Positions 1 to 9,476 of a DNA stretch of 64,000 nt are shown here, piece by piece; within the stretch, counting starts at the first letter, position 1; every line of letters begins with the position of its first letter. The stretch covers positions 225,019 through 289,018 of the forward strand of contig CAZTVK010000019.1 of NCBI GenBank assembly GCA_964617195.1, given 5' to 3'. Under the pieces are notes generated by a model that saw only the letters and a program-made list of their open reading frames with translations, had not been told where the DNA came from and searched no databases. The stretch is from an uncultured Methanosarcinales archaeon. GTDB taxonomy: Archaea > Nanobdellota > Nanobdellia > Woesearchaeales > ARS49. A program made the translations under genes and the position numbers.

Positions 1-153
1 GAAATAGACCTAGTCGTGCCGTGCAACAACAAAGGCAAAAAGTCACTCGGACTATTGTTCTACATTCTCGCAAGAGAATACCTGCGCCAGCGCGGACAAC
101 TAGCAACAGACCAAGAACCAACATTCACCGTCGAAGAATTCACGGATGAATAA
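1..153 (+). CDS. rps2: 30S ribosomal protein S2 (uS2), C-terminal part, truncated by the window edge
   Basis: Frame 1 reads EIDLVVPCNNKGKKSLGLLFYILAREYLRQRG...FTDE*. The D-x-x-x-P-x-NNKG-x-x-SL motif is typical of the archaeal/eukaryotic uS2 C-terminus. Confidence 0.9.
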   Translation, partial: EIDLVVPCNNKGKKSLGLLFYILAREYLRQRGQLATDQEPTFTVEEFTDE

Positions 154-158
154 TTTTT

Positions 159-836
159 TTATTCAATTTTTTTAACTCCTTTCTCAACAATCTCAAACTC
201 AACTTCCTTCTCACCAGCAATACTCCTGTGCTTTCTCAGAATAATCCTGCGCTTGCCATTATGCAAAGACTCCAACTCCAACAAACACTTGCTCGTGTAC
301 AACAAAATATCCCCGCCAACAATCTTAACACGACTGCCCTCAAAAGAAGCATACACCTGAGACGTGAGCAAAATCGGAATATTATGCTTTCGTGCGATCT
401 CATTCAACGCCAACATCTGCAAGCTCAAATCACGATTATAATTGTTATCCTCCTTAAAACTACGCTGAAGCCTATACAACATGGTCATCGTGTCAATAAC
501 AATCAAGCCAATTTTGGAATTCACCAGTTTCTTAATCATATCAACAGATTTATTCTGCTCATCAAAAGACATCGGGCGCAAAAATACCATCCTGTCAAGA
601 AATTTCTTGTACTCAGGCAAAATTTGCTTCAAACGCGCAACACTAAAACCACCCTCAGTATCAACAAAAATAACCTTCTTACCCTGCTTGGCAACATCCA
701 CAGCAGCCAACAAAGCCAAATTAGTCTTCCCAACACCAGCAGGACCATAAATTGTGGTAATGGCATCTGCCTCAAAACCACCTTCCAACAGGTCATCCAA
801 GAACCCAACCCCCGAAGACACCCTTTTCGTGTTCAT
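159..836 (-). CDS. radB: DNA repair protein RadB
   Basis: Short RecA-fold protein: LDDLLEGG, Walker A GPAGVGKT, VDTEGGFS, Walker B LIVIDT, basic patch LRKHRS, no N-terminal HhH domain. ATG at 836 preferred. Confidence 0.88.
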   Translation of the reverse strand: MNTKRVSSGVGFLDDLLEGGFEADAITTIYGPAGVGKTNLALLAAVDVAKQGKKVIFVDTEGGFSVARLKQILPEYKKFLDRMVFLRPMSFDEQNKSVDMIKKLVNSKIGLIVIDTMTMLYRLQRSFKEDNNYNRDLSLQMLALNEIARKHNIPILLTSQVYASFEGSRVKIVGGDILLYTSKCLLELESLHNGKRRIILRKHRSIAGEKEVEFEIVEKGVKKIE

Positions 837-857
837 ACCCTTGACGTGTTTCAAGTC

Positions 858-873
858 AAAAACCTTTATAAAG
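858..873. promoter_or_regulatory. Probable BRE/TATA element between divergent radB and the 895 operon
   Basis: AAAAACCTTTATAAAG lies about 25-30 nt from both divergent start codons, which fits leaderless archaeal transcripts. Confidence 0.55.
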
Positions 874-894
874 CCTCCTCTTTCAGACTAACAC

Positions 895-2370
895 ATGAGT
901 AAATCGTGGGTGGGGCTTACAACAGTAGTGCTATTCATATTAGCTGCCAGGCTATACTTCGCCTTCCAAACACCCTATTACACCTCAGACACAGCATACC
1001 TGGAAATCAGATCAATAGAAAGCCTGATGCAAGGCCAACTCCTCTGGCAAGACCCACTAGGCAACGGAGGAAGAACTCTTATCAGAAGCCCAGTGTTTGA
1101 CGCAATCCTGGCATTTTTCGCACTCTTCATACCATACGCGCTCAAAATAATACCAAACATCTTCGCATCACTCCTCATAATTCCGGCATTCCTGATAGCA
1201 AAAAAACTAACAGACAACACGAACATATCACTCTTCTCAGCACTGCTCGCAGGACTAGTCCCAGCATACTTCTCACACACATTCAACCACGTAGCAACCC
1301 ACACGCTATCTCTGACCCTTTTCTTTTTCCTAGTCTACGCCTGGCTCAACATACCATCAAGACCATGGATTTACACATTCCTCACAGTCCTCCTCGTATT
1401 CGTATTCCTCAGCCCGCTATCAATAATCCTAGTATTAAGCATCGGAGTATACCTCGTTCTAGCAGCGCTTGAACAAATCAAACCAAAAGCAGCAGAATAC
1501 GAACTCGGACTCTTCTCAATATTTTTCGCACTATGGGCACAATTCCTCCTATACAAAAAACTAATACTCTTCCACGGACCAAGAATAATCTGGCAAAACA
1601 TACCAAACGAACTCTTTTCAGCATTCTACTCAAACGTCACAATACTAGGAGCAATAGCACAAATAGGAATCTTCCCTCTAGTGGACGGAACATACGCGCT
1701 TTACAAAACGGCATTCAAAGAACCACGCAAAGAAACACTAATGCTTTTGAGTATAACAATCGTCTCAGCGCTAACACTCTGGTTCAAACTAATCGACATC
1801 ACCACAGGATTCATGCTCCTCGGAACAACACTCGCCATAATATTCTCCAAATCACTAATCATTACAAAGAACTATTTCAATGAAACAAAAATCAGAAAAT
1901 ACACACCGATGATACTCACACTGATCGCAATATCAGCATTCGCCACAACGGCCTACCCAGCATACACGCAAACACAATCACAACTACAACAAACCATAAC
2001 CCATGAAGAAGTCACGGCACTTACTGAACTCCAAAACATAACACCAGAAAACGCAGTGTTCATGGCACCAGCATCATACGGAAACTACATAACAGCAATC
2101 GCAAAAAGAAAAAACGTAATCGACACATACTTCTTCCTCCAGCCACGCGCAAACGAAAGATACCAAGATGCAGCGCGCATATACAAAACAACATTCGAAA
2201 CAGAAGCAGTAGAACTTCTAGACAAATACAAAGCGATGTACATAGTAGTGCCTCCGGGAACGAAAGACCTCGCCTATGGAAACGGGCTATGCTTCAAGAG
2301 AATACACGCCACAAACATAATCATATACAGAAAAGACGCATCCTGTGAAGTCAAGGTGGTCGCACGATGA
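895..2370 (+). CDS. Multi-pass GT-C-fold membrane protein, degenerate AglB/STT3-like
   Basis: Many TM segments, SDTAYLEIRSI after TM1, and a C-terminal soluble domain with ASYGNYITAIAKRKNVID and EAVELLDKYKAMYIVV resembling the STT3 C-domain without WWD. Confidence 0.55.
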   Translation: MSKSWVGLTTVVLFILAARLYFAFQTPYYTSDTAYLEIRSIESLMQGQLLWQDPLGNGGRTLIRSPVFDAILAFFALFIPYALKIIPNIFASLLIIPAFLIAKKLTDNTNISLFSALLAGLVPAYFSHTFNHVATHTLSLTLFFFLVYAWLNIPSRPWIYTFLTVLLVFVFLSPLSIILVLSIGVYLVLAALEQIKPKAAEYELGLFSIFFALWAQFLLYKKLILFHGPRIIWQNIPNELFSAFYSNVTILGAIAQIGIFPLVDGTYALYKTAFKEPRKETLMLLSITIVSALTLWFKLIDITTGFMLLGTTLAIIFSKSLIITKNYFNETKIRKYTPMILTLIAISAFATTAYPAYTQTQSQLQQTITHEEVTALTELQNITPENAVFMAPASYGNYITAIAKRKNVIDTYFFLQPRANERYQDAARIYKTTFETEAVELLDKYKAMYIVVPPGTKDLAYGNGLCFKRIHATNIIIYRKDASCEVKVVAR

Positions 2371-3725
2371 AAATACATATTTTCAGCATATTCGTACTAG
2401 CGCTTGTAATGATAATGCTACCACTACATCTCAGATTCTCACACCACAATCCAACACTAGCAGGAACAGAACCATACTACCACGCCCGCATGGCCATCCA
2501 ACTCTCAGAAGGCAAAATTCCAACAACAGATACGGCAATCATTTCAGGAAGACCATACACGCTAAACCCATATCATGTGATTCTGGCAGCAGCATACAAA
2601 CTACTAGGACCCCTTGCATTCAACCTTCTCCCACCAATATTCGCACTCCTGAGTTTCATCTTCGTATGGCTGCTAACAAAAAGACTAGCAATACCAGAAC
2701 ACGTACAACCATGGATACTTCTCGCATACGCTTTATCACCACCACTACTAGCAACAAGCATAATCGGAAACCCATACTCATTTGTTTTAGCATTACTCAC
2801 AGGAGGCGCCCTTCTGCTCCTAAACCATTGGTGGATACTAGGAATGATCGCAACAATAATCGCAGCACTATCAGGACCAGTATACGCCATCGCAGCAATA
2901 GCATTCCTGCTAATCCTAATCCTCACAGTAAAAAAAGAAACAAAAAACCTCTCAATAACAGCCTTCATATGTTTCATACTACTAATACTGAACTATTCAC
3001 CAGCATACGTCCCGCACGACAGAGGAATACTACAATACATCAGCGACCTTGGAGGAACGTACGGGTTCAGCATATTCGCGCTAATGCTCGCAATAGTAGG
3101 AGCAATCCTGATCTGGGAACACAAACAAAAATACTACGGAGCCTACGCAGTCTTCATGATATTCCTAATCTCAAGCTTCTTCTTCCCAGGAATGCTAGTC
3201 TTCGCAAACATACTAGTCTCAGGCCTCGCAGGAGTAGCCCTGGCATCACTTGCACAAAGAAAATGGAAACTCACATTCCTCAGACAAGCAGCACTGCTAG
3301 TACTATTCTGCGGACTATTATTCAGCAGCATATCACACGCAGTAATACTCGCGGACATGCCACCAACGATGTCATTCTTCAAAACAATAGAGTTCAAACC
3401 CGGAGTAATACTCACCCATGAAAAATACGGGTTCTGGATAGAATCAGCAGGACACACAGCAGTCATAGACCAACTATGGAAAGAACTTCCAGATGCGGAA
3501 GACCGCATATGGGACACAGCAGCACTCTTCAGCTCAACAGACCTGCAAAAAACAAAAATACTCCTGCAAAAATACAACATAACACACATACTGATAACAC
3601 CTGAAATGCAGCACGGACTCTTATGGGAAAGAGAACAAGACGGTCTTGATTTCCTCGTCGAAAACAGCGAAACGTTTAAAAAACTAGAAACAGGCTCAAA
3701 TACCAAGGTGTGGAGAATCAGATGA
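2367..3725 (+). CDS. Multi-pass GT-C-fold membrane protein, second AglB/STT3-like paralog
   Basis: GTEPYYHARMA after TM1 (compare DPYYH-R in AglB), many TMs, HEKYGFWIESAGHTAVID and LLQKYNITHILI. ATGA overlap with the upstream gene. Confidence 0.55.
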   Translation: MKIHIFSIFVLALVMIMLPLHLRFSHHNPTLAGTEPYYHARMAIQLSEGKIPTTDTAIISGRPYTLNPYHVILAAAYKLLGPLAFNLLPPIFALLSFIFVWLLTKRLAIPEHVQPWILLAYALSPPLLATSIIGNPYSFVLALLTGGALLLLNHWWILGMIATIIAALSGPVYAIAAIAFLLILILTVKKETKNLSITAFICFILLILNYSPAYVPHDRGILQYISDLGGTYGFSIFALMLAIVGAILIWEHKQKYYGAYAVFMIFLISSFFFPGMLVFANILVSGLAGVALASLAQRKWKLTFLRQAALLVLFCGLLFSSISHAVILADMPPTMSFFKTIEFKPGVILTHEKYGFWIESAGHTAVIDQLWKELPDAEDRIWDTAALFSSTDLQKTKILLQKYNITHILITPEMQHGLLWEREQDGLDFLVENSETFKKLETGSNTKVWRIR

Positions 3726-4348
3726 AAAAACAAACACTATTAACAACAATCCTGCTCGTCTGCGTAGTATTCGTACTCGGAATAATTTTAGGCAACTCCT
3801 GGAACAGCGCAGAAACAACAGAAGTATCAAAAGTATTGCGTCAATCAGAACTCGACGCGGAAAGCTTTCTGGCAGAACAAGAACTCTTTGAAAGCTTTGA
3901 AACAAATTGCGCACTAGCCGAAAAACGCCTGAGCTCGCTCAGCGAAGAACTATTGAAATTAGGCAAAGTCCTAGGCGCAGACGATGCCCAAGAAAAACTC
4001 GGAGAGGAAAACTACGGCTTCCTGAAAAGAAAATATCACTTGATGCAAATACGCACGTACATTCTGGACAGAAAATTACAAGAAGACTGCGGAAGCAAAA
4101 CAAACGTCATACTATACTATTTCAAACGGAAAGACGCGCCCAGCGAACAACAAGGAAAAATACTTGACGAACTAGTAGGACAATACCACCTGCACGTCTT
4201 CGCAATCGAATACAGATACTCAAAAGAACTGGAATTCTTGGAAGACTATTACGAAATAAAAGACGCGCCAGCACTCGTAGTGAATTTCGACAACACGAAA
4301 ACAGGACTGGTCACCAAAGAACAACTAATCCCGCTCCTCCATGGATGA
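3722..4348 (+). CDS. Membrane-anchored protein with helical region and thioredoxin-like C-domain lacking CxxC
   Basis: N-terminal TM, then LKRKYHLMQIR, VILYYF...QGKILDEL...YYEIKDAPALVVN (cis-Pro-loop-like). ATGA overlap. Confidence 0.55.
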   Translation: MKKQTLLTTILLVCVVFVLGIILGNSWNSAETTEVSKVLRQSELDAESFLAEQELFESFETNCALAEKRLSSLSEELLKLGKVLGADDAQEKLGEENYGFLKRKYHLMQIRTYILDRKLQEDCGSKTNVILYYFKRKDAPSEQQGKILDELVGQYHLHVFAIEYRYSKELEFLEDYYEIKDAPALVVNFDNTKTGLVTKEQLIPLLHG

Positions 4349-6464
4349 AAAAATAAAAATACTCGGCAGAAGCCTACTTCTGACAATATTGATCTTCGCC
4401 GCAGGAATACTGCTCAACCACACTTTTGACGCATTCAGAATATCAATCATAGAAGACGTCATGACAGAACACGAAATAAACACAGAAGCGTATAGAGTAG
4501 AACGCTTCTTCACAGAAACCTTTGGAGAAGAACAATGCGACATGATGGTAGCCAGAATCTCAGACCTGAAAAAAGAAGTCAGAAAAGTAGGAGAAGACCT
4601 GGGAAGCTACTCGCGCTTCAGCTTCTTCAGACGAAAAGACTACGATTATTTGAAACGAAAATACTTTCTCCTGGAATTAAGATTTCTAGCACTAATACAA
4701 AAAATCAACAAAGAATGCGACAAACCATACCTCCCGATAATATTCTTCTACGAAATAGACCAAGACGAAAGCGAACGCCAAGGATTCATACTCCAAGACC
4801 TAAGCGAAGACTACGACCAGAACCTGATAGTGCTAACCCTTGACAAAGACTACGAAGATGAGCCATTAGTAAAAATACTCGCTGAAAACTACAACGTCAC
4901 ACAAGCACCAACGATAATAATAGATGAACAATCAATCCCAGGACTCGTTTACACAGGACAACTCAACGCGAGCATACAAAAATTCTTAAAACGCGCAGAC
5001 CCATACGCGCAAAGCATAAATTTCAATCTCGTGCCAGAAGCAGCCGGCATAGACAAACAACGACTGCTAACCCAGCTCGAAAACATTGCCAGCAATGAAA
5101 AAGCAGACCTATGGGCGCGAGCAGACGCCACACTCATCATCGGAAGATTGACAACCAATGATACACTTATCTGCGAAAGCCTACAGTTCTACGACCAAAT
5201 AAACAGCACAAGCCACGAAGAAAAAGCATTAATCTATGAAACCAGCGCCTCACTCGGCTGCGGAAGAAACAGACAGGCATTCCTGAAAGCAGCAGCAAAA
5301 GAATGGAAAGCAACCGGAAACACCTTCCGCGCAGAACTCCTCGAAAAAATATCAACAGGAACAAGACAAAAAATCAATTTCGACAAAGCAAACAACGCCA
5401 ACACAACAGTAATCACCGGATACAACACACCAATCACGCCAAAACTTGTGAAAACAAACGCAAGTTCAGTCATCATAGGAAAAACAACAATAACACTGGA
5501 TAAGGACAGCGTTATTATCTCTCAAGACGACCGCGTTTACCGCGACTGGCTAAGCGGACAAGTAGCAAACCCATACGGGCCAACAATACTAACAACATTC
5601 TCAGAAAGACTGACGTATAACCAGACAGAATTACTTCCAGAAATAGGATGGCACGAAGGCGGAAGAATAAAAGAGCTCAAAACCATAAATTTCACGCACA
5701 TACCAGCAGTCGGAACACTAGTCGCCCGCAGCAAAGACAGATGGTTTGCGGTAGACAACAATGGAACCTTCAGATTTGAAGTGCCAATCGACAAACTAAG
5801 CTATCCAACCACGCGTTTCCTACGCAGAGATTTAGCAGTAATAATAGACACCCATGGCGTAAACATGCTCGTCGAACAAGCAATAAGATACAACGCAACA
5901 ACAGTAGTCAGCGACTGCGACCATCCAGGAAAAGTCTACGCGGCAAAATACCTAAGCGAACACGGAATTTCAGTTGTTTGCTTCCCAGACAAATACGCAT
6001 ACCTAGCACTCGGACACAACCTGTCTCTAGTTGGCAGCCCTCCAACCGAAATCACACAAGACAAAGCAGTCATCGGAAACAGACCAATCAAAATAACAAC
6101 CAAAGACAAAATCGTCATTGCAAACTCAACAGACACAGCATACGCACTCTGGTACTACCAAACACCAGCATCATACTTCGAAACACTGACTACTGCCATT
6201 CCACTCAATGTCACGTACGTCAGCCTTGACAGTTTCGGACAAATGGACAAAATAACAGACAAAGCACGCGAAATCAAAGCCACAATCATAGCCACTCGCA
6301 TCTTCAACAGCGATGATTATTCAGCAATCAAAAAATGGCTTGACGAAAGCCCAGAAAGAAAAGTCATACTCTTCCACAGCTCTTCATACCCCTACGGACA
6401 AAAAATATTCAGAGAATACACAAACCAAACAACATTCGACGATCCAAACCCAGAATTCATATGA
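4341..6464 (+). CDS. Large membrane-anchored extracellular protein: thioredoxin-like N-domain (paralog of 3722 gene) plus uncharacterised C-terminal domain
   Basis: Residues 1-215 parallel the previous ORF (LKRKYFLLELR, IIFFY, QGFILQDL, YNVTQAPTIII). More than a dozen N-x-S/T sequons. Confidence 0.6.
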   Translation: MDEKIKILGRSLLLTILIFAAGILLNHTFDAFRISIIEDVMTEHEINTEAYRVERFFTETFGEEQCDMMVARISDLKKEVRKVGEDLGSYSRFSFFRRKDYDYLKRKYFLLELRFLALIQKINKECDKPYLPIIFFYEIDQDESERQGFILQDLSEDYDQNLIVLTLDKDYEDEPLVKILAENYNVTQAPTIIIDEQSIPGLVYTGQLNASIQKFLKRADPYAQSINFNLVPEAAGIDKQRLLTQLENIASNEKADLWARADATLIIGRLTTNDTLICESLQFYDQINSTSHEEKALIYETSASLGCGRNRQAFLKAAAKEWKATGNTFRAELLEKISTGTRQKINFDKANNANTTVITGYNTPITPKLVKTNASSVIIGKTTITLDKDSVIISQDDRVYRDWLSGQVANPYGPTILTTFSERLTYNQTELLPEIGWHEGGRIKELKTINFTHIPAVGTLVARSKDRWFAVDNNGTFRFEVPIDKLSYPTTRFLRRDLAVIIDTHGVNMLVEQAIRYNATTVVSDCDHPGKVYAAKYLSEHGISVVCFPDKYAYLALGHNLSLVGSPPTEITQDKAVIGNRPIKITTKDKIVIANSTDTAYALWYYQTPASYFETLTTAIPLNVTYVSLDSFGQMDKITDKAREIKATIIATRIFNSDDYSAIKKWLDESPERKVILFHSSSYPYGQKIFREYTNQTTFDDPNPEFI

Positions 6465-7867
6465 AACGAAACTATTCGCTCTACATAATTCTCGCTCTAG
6501 CATTAATCATACGCCTCATCTTTGCATTCTCATGGCACGAAGTCTGGTGGGACTCAGGAGTCTACATCGGCATGGGAAAACACCTGTATTCTGGAGGAGA
6601 AAACGGGCTATGGGAACACATACGCCCACCACTCCTACCAATAATGCTAGGCTTCCTATGGAAAACAGGCCTTTCACCAATACTCTTCGGAAGACTATTA
6701 GAAATAATATTCATGCTAGGCACAGTCTGGCTGACATACGAACTCGCATTACGCTGGTTTGAAAACAAAACAGCAATCATCGCATCACTTATCATCGCGC
6801 TCAGCCCAATATTCTATTATCTCAGCTTCCACCAATACAACGAAATCCCAAGCACATTCTTCGTACTACTCGCAATCTGGCTCTCACTCAAAGAAAAACA
6901 TTTCCTCGCAGGAATCTCAACAGGAATAGCATTCCTATCAAAATTCGCACCAGGAATGTTCGCAGGAATAATCATACTCTATCTCGCCATCAACAAAAAA
7001 TGGAAACCAACAATACTAACAGGAACAGGATTCGCAATAATAACATCACCCTACTTCATCTACAGCTGGATAGCATATGGAAGCCCGCTCGCAACCTTTT
7101 CAGCAGCACAAGACGCCATTGCTAACGTACTCGGCTGCAACGTATTACGCCACCAGCCATGGCACCAATACTTCTCATGGCTAATATTCAGCGAAACAAA
7201 ACTACACCTTCTAGCCATCATCGGCATATTCGCTCTTTACAAAAAATGGAAAAAACAACACTTACTATTTGTTTTCAGCTTAATCATACCATTGCTATAC
7301 TTCACACAACTCAACTGCAGAGACTACCGATACATCACACTCTTCCTGCCATTTGTTGCCATACTCACAGCACTAGGCATTGCCTGGATATACGAACAAT
7401 TCAAAGTAAAGAAGAACTTGGCATTTGTTATACTCACCATTCTCTTATCAGCATGGATGCTTAACACAACAATCAGATATTACTACGCAAATGAACTCCA
7501 ACAACCAGACACAACAGCAGAAGAATACTTCCACTATCTCTCAGACAAAAACATTACAGGAGAAATCTGGACAGCAAACCCAATTATTGCAGCTTACACT
7601 GACGAAAAACTTGAGAAAATCTATTATCCGGTCTATGACCAAGACGTGCAGAATAGATTCATTGATTACGTCACACTACATAATAAAAAAATCGGCGCAG
7701 TTCTCCTCGACAATTGCGGAGGAGGAATAATTTGTCCTTCTGCTGACCAGAATTGCTTGCAAAAAACAGAACAACTCATCAATCTTCTCGACAAAACATT
7801 CACAAGAACATTCGACAAACAAACAGGAAGATGCTGGTACAGAGTCTGGCTCATTTCTTCAGATTAA
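6461..7867 (+). CDS. ArnT/PMT-like (GT39/GT83) GT-C glycosyltransferase
   Basis: WWDSGVY after TM1, EHIRPPLLP, LFGRLL, NEIP, FLSKF, DYRYITLFLPF, and many TM helices. Confidence 0.75.
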   Translation: MKRNYSLYIILALALIIRLIFAFSWHEVWWDSGVYIGMGKHLYSGGENGLWEHIRPPLLPIMLGFLWKTGLSPILFGRLLEIIFMLGTVWLTYELALRWFENKTAIIASLIIALSPIFYYLSFHQYNEIPSTFFVLLAIWLSLKEKHFLAGISTGIAFLSKFAPGMFAGIIILYLAINKKWKPTILTGTGFAIITSPYFIYSWIAYGSPLATFSAAQDAIANVLGCNVLRHQPWHQYFSWLIFSETKLHLLAIIGIFALYKKWKKQHLLFVFSLIIPLLYFTQLNCRDYRYITLFLPFVAILTALGIAWIYEQFKVKKNLAFVILTILLSAWMLNTTIRYYYANELQQPDTTAEEYFHYLSDKNITGEIWTANPIIAAYTDEKLEKIYYPVYDQDVQNRFIDYVTLHNKKIGAVLLDNCGGGIICPSADQNCLQKTEQLINLLDKTFTRTFDKQTGRCWYRVWLISSD

Positions 7868-8294
7868 TAATATCCCCGATAGTCAAAGGACCAGAAGTCT
7901 TCTTCGCAGCCTCGGCCTTTTCCTCCTCCTCAATCTCAACCAGCTTAATCTTCAACGATCTCTCCAATTTCTTCGCCAAATCAATAGGCGGAACAAACAA
8001 ATCACTCTCCAACTTGTGAATCATGCTCTCTTTCTCATTCAACTTCAAAGCAAACTCCTTCTGCGTCATCCCAGACTTCTCGCGAGCAGAACGAATCCTT
8101 TGCGCATAATCAGACACGACAACCTCAGAAGGCTCAACAGCCTTCTGGACCTGAGAACTCTTAGCAGCATGCATCACAGGCTTCTGGAGCATCTTGCCAT
8201 ACTTACCACACGCAGCGCAAACATTCAGCTCAGAGCCTTCCACTTTCGCGCGAAACAGTTCTGTCTCCTTACCGCACAACTCACAAACAGTCAT
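7851..8294 (-). CDS. mbf1: Archaeal multiprotein bridging factor aMBF1 (Zn ribbon + HTH)
   Basis: CELCG...VCAACGKYG zinc ribbon, HTH IRSAREKSGMTQKEFA...IHKLES, terminal LTIGD motif. Confidence 0.9.
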   Translation of the reverse strand: MTVCELCGKETELFRAKVEGSELNVCAACGKYGKMLQKPVMHAAKSSQVQKAVEPSEVVVSDYAQRIRSAREKSGMTQKEFALKLNEKESMIHKLESDLFVPPIDLAKKLERSLKIKLVEIEEEEKAEAAKKTSGPLTIGDIINLKK

Positions 8295-8390
8295 GCAAAT
8301 CCAACAGCCAACGCACTATAAAAACATTTTGCCTTGACCACTACAAAATAGTGGCGTTTGTTTTTAAAAACCCCTGTGTTTGAAACACAC

Positions 8391-9476
8391 ATGGACGACG
8401 TGCTAGAGGAACACATACGTATAAGTGCAGAAAAAGGCCTTTCACGAATCGAAATCAAACAATTCCTTCTAAAAGCAGGCTGGCCAGAATCACAAGTAAC
8501 AACATACCTTGAAAAAAGCTTCAAAAAACTCGAAAAAGGCACAATATTAAGAGCGCACGGACTCTCAAAAAACTTTGAAGACCACCAAGTCCTCTCAAAT
8601 ATCGACTTTGAAATCAAAAGCGGAGAAATCTTCGGCCTAATCGGAATGAGCGGAGCAGGAAAAACAACACTGCTCAACCTATTAGTAGGATTCCTCAGAC
8701 CAGACCAAGGAGACGTCGTAATGGCACTCCAAGACGGCACAACACGAAGCGTATACAAAAATCCGCATTTAATCAGGCAACACATAGGATTCTCAACACA
8801 AACACCAAGCTTTTACGGAAAACTAACAGTAAGAGAAAACCTCGAACACTTCGCAAAACTCTACCACCTAACAGAACCAGACCTGACAAGACGCTGCAAC
8901 GCACTCCTAGACCTCGTCGGCCTAAAAGACGCAAGAGACGCAACATCATCACACCTCTCAGGAGGAATGCAAAAAAGACTAGACATAGCCTGCGCACTAC
9001 TGCACGACCCAAACATACTAGTCCTAGACGAGCCAACAGCAGACCTCGACCCAGTACTAAGAAAACAATTCTGGGAACTAATAAAACAAATCAACCAAAA
9101 AGGAACCACGATAATACTAGCATCACACTTCCTCGCAGAAATAGAACTCCTCTGCAGCAGAATAGCAATACTGCAAAACAAAACAATAGCCGAACTAGGA
9201 ACAGCAGAAGAGCTAAGAAACATCTACTCCAAAAACTACGAAATATACCTAACCACAAAAACACAAGACTACACCAAAATACTGGCAGAACTCGAAAAAA
9301 GAAAACGCTATTTCGTCAAAGCAACACAACAAGCAGGAGAACTAATCATAGAAACACCAGTCCCAGAACAAGTCCTGCCAATACTATCTTCCTGCCTTGA
9401 GAAAGAAAAAATACAAAGCCTGCACGTCGAAAGACCAACACTAGGCAAAGTCTTCGAAGCAGTGGTGCGACGATGA
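8391..9476 (+). CDS. ABC transporter ATP-binding subunit (ABC-2 exporter type) with N-terminal helical extension
   Basis: Walker A GMSGAGKTT, signature LSGGMQKR, Walker B LVLDEPT, H-loop ASH. Confidence 0.9.
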   Translation: MDDVLEEHIRISAEKGLSRIEIKQFLLKAGWPESQVTTYLEKSFKKLEKGTILRAHGLSKNFEDHQVLSNIDFEIKSGEIFGLIGMSGAGKTTLLNLLVGFLRPDQGDVVMALQDGTTRSVYKNPHLIRQHIGFSTQTPSFYGKLTVRENLEHFAKLYHLTEPDLTRRCNALLDLVGLKDARDATSSHLSGGMQKRLDIACALLHDPNILVLDEPTADLDPVLRKQFWELIKQINQKGTTIILASHFLAEIELLCSRIAILQNKTIAELGTAEELRNIYSKNYEIYLTTKTQDYTKILAELEKRKRYFVKATQQAGELIIETPVPEQVLPILSSCLEKEKIQSLHVERPTLGKVFEAVVRR

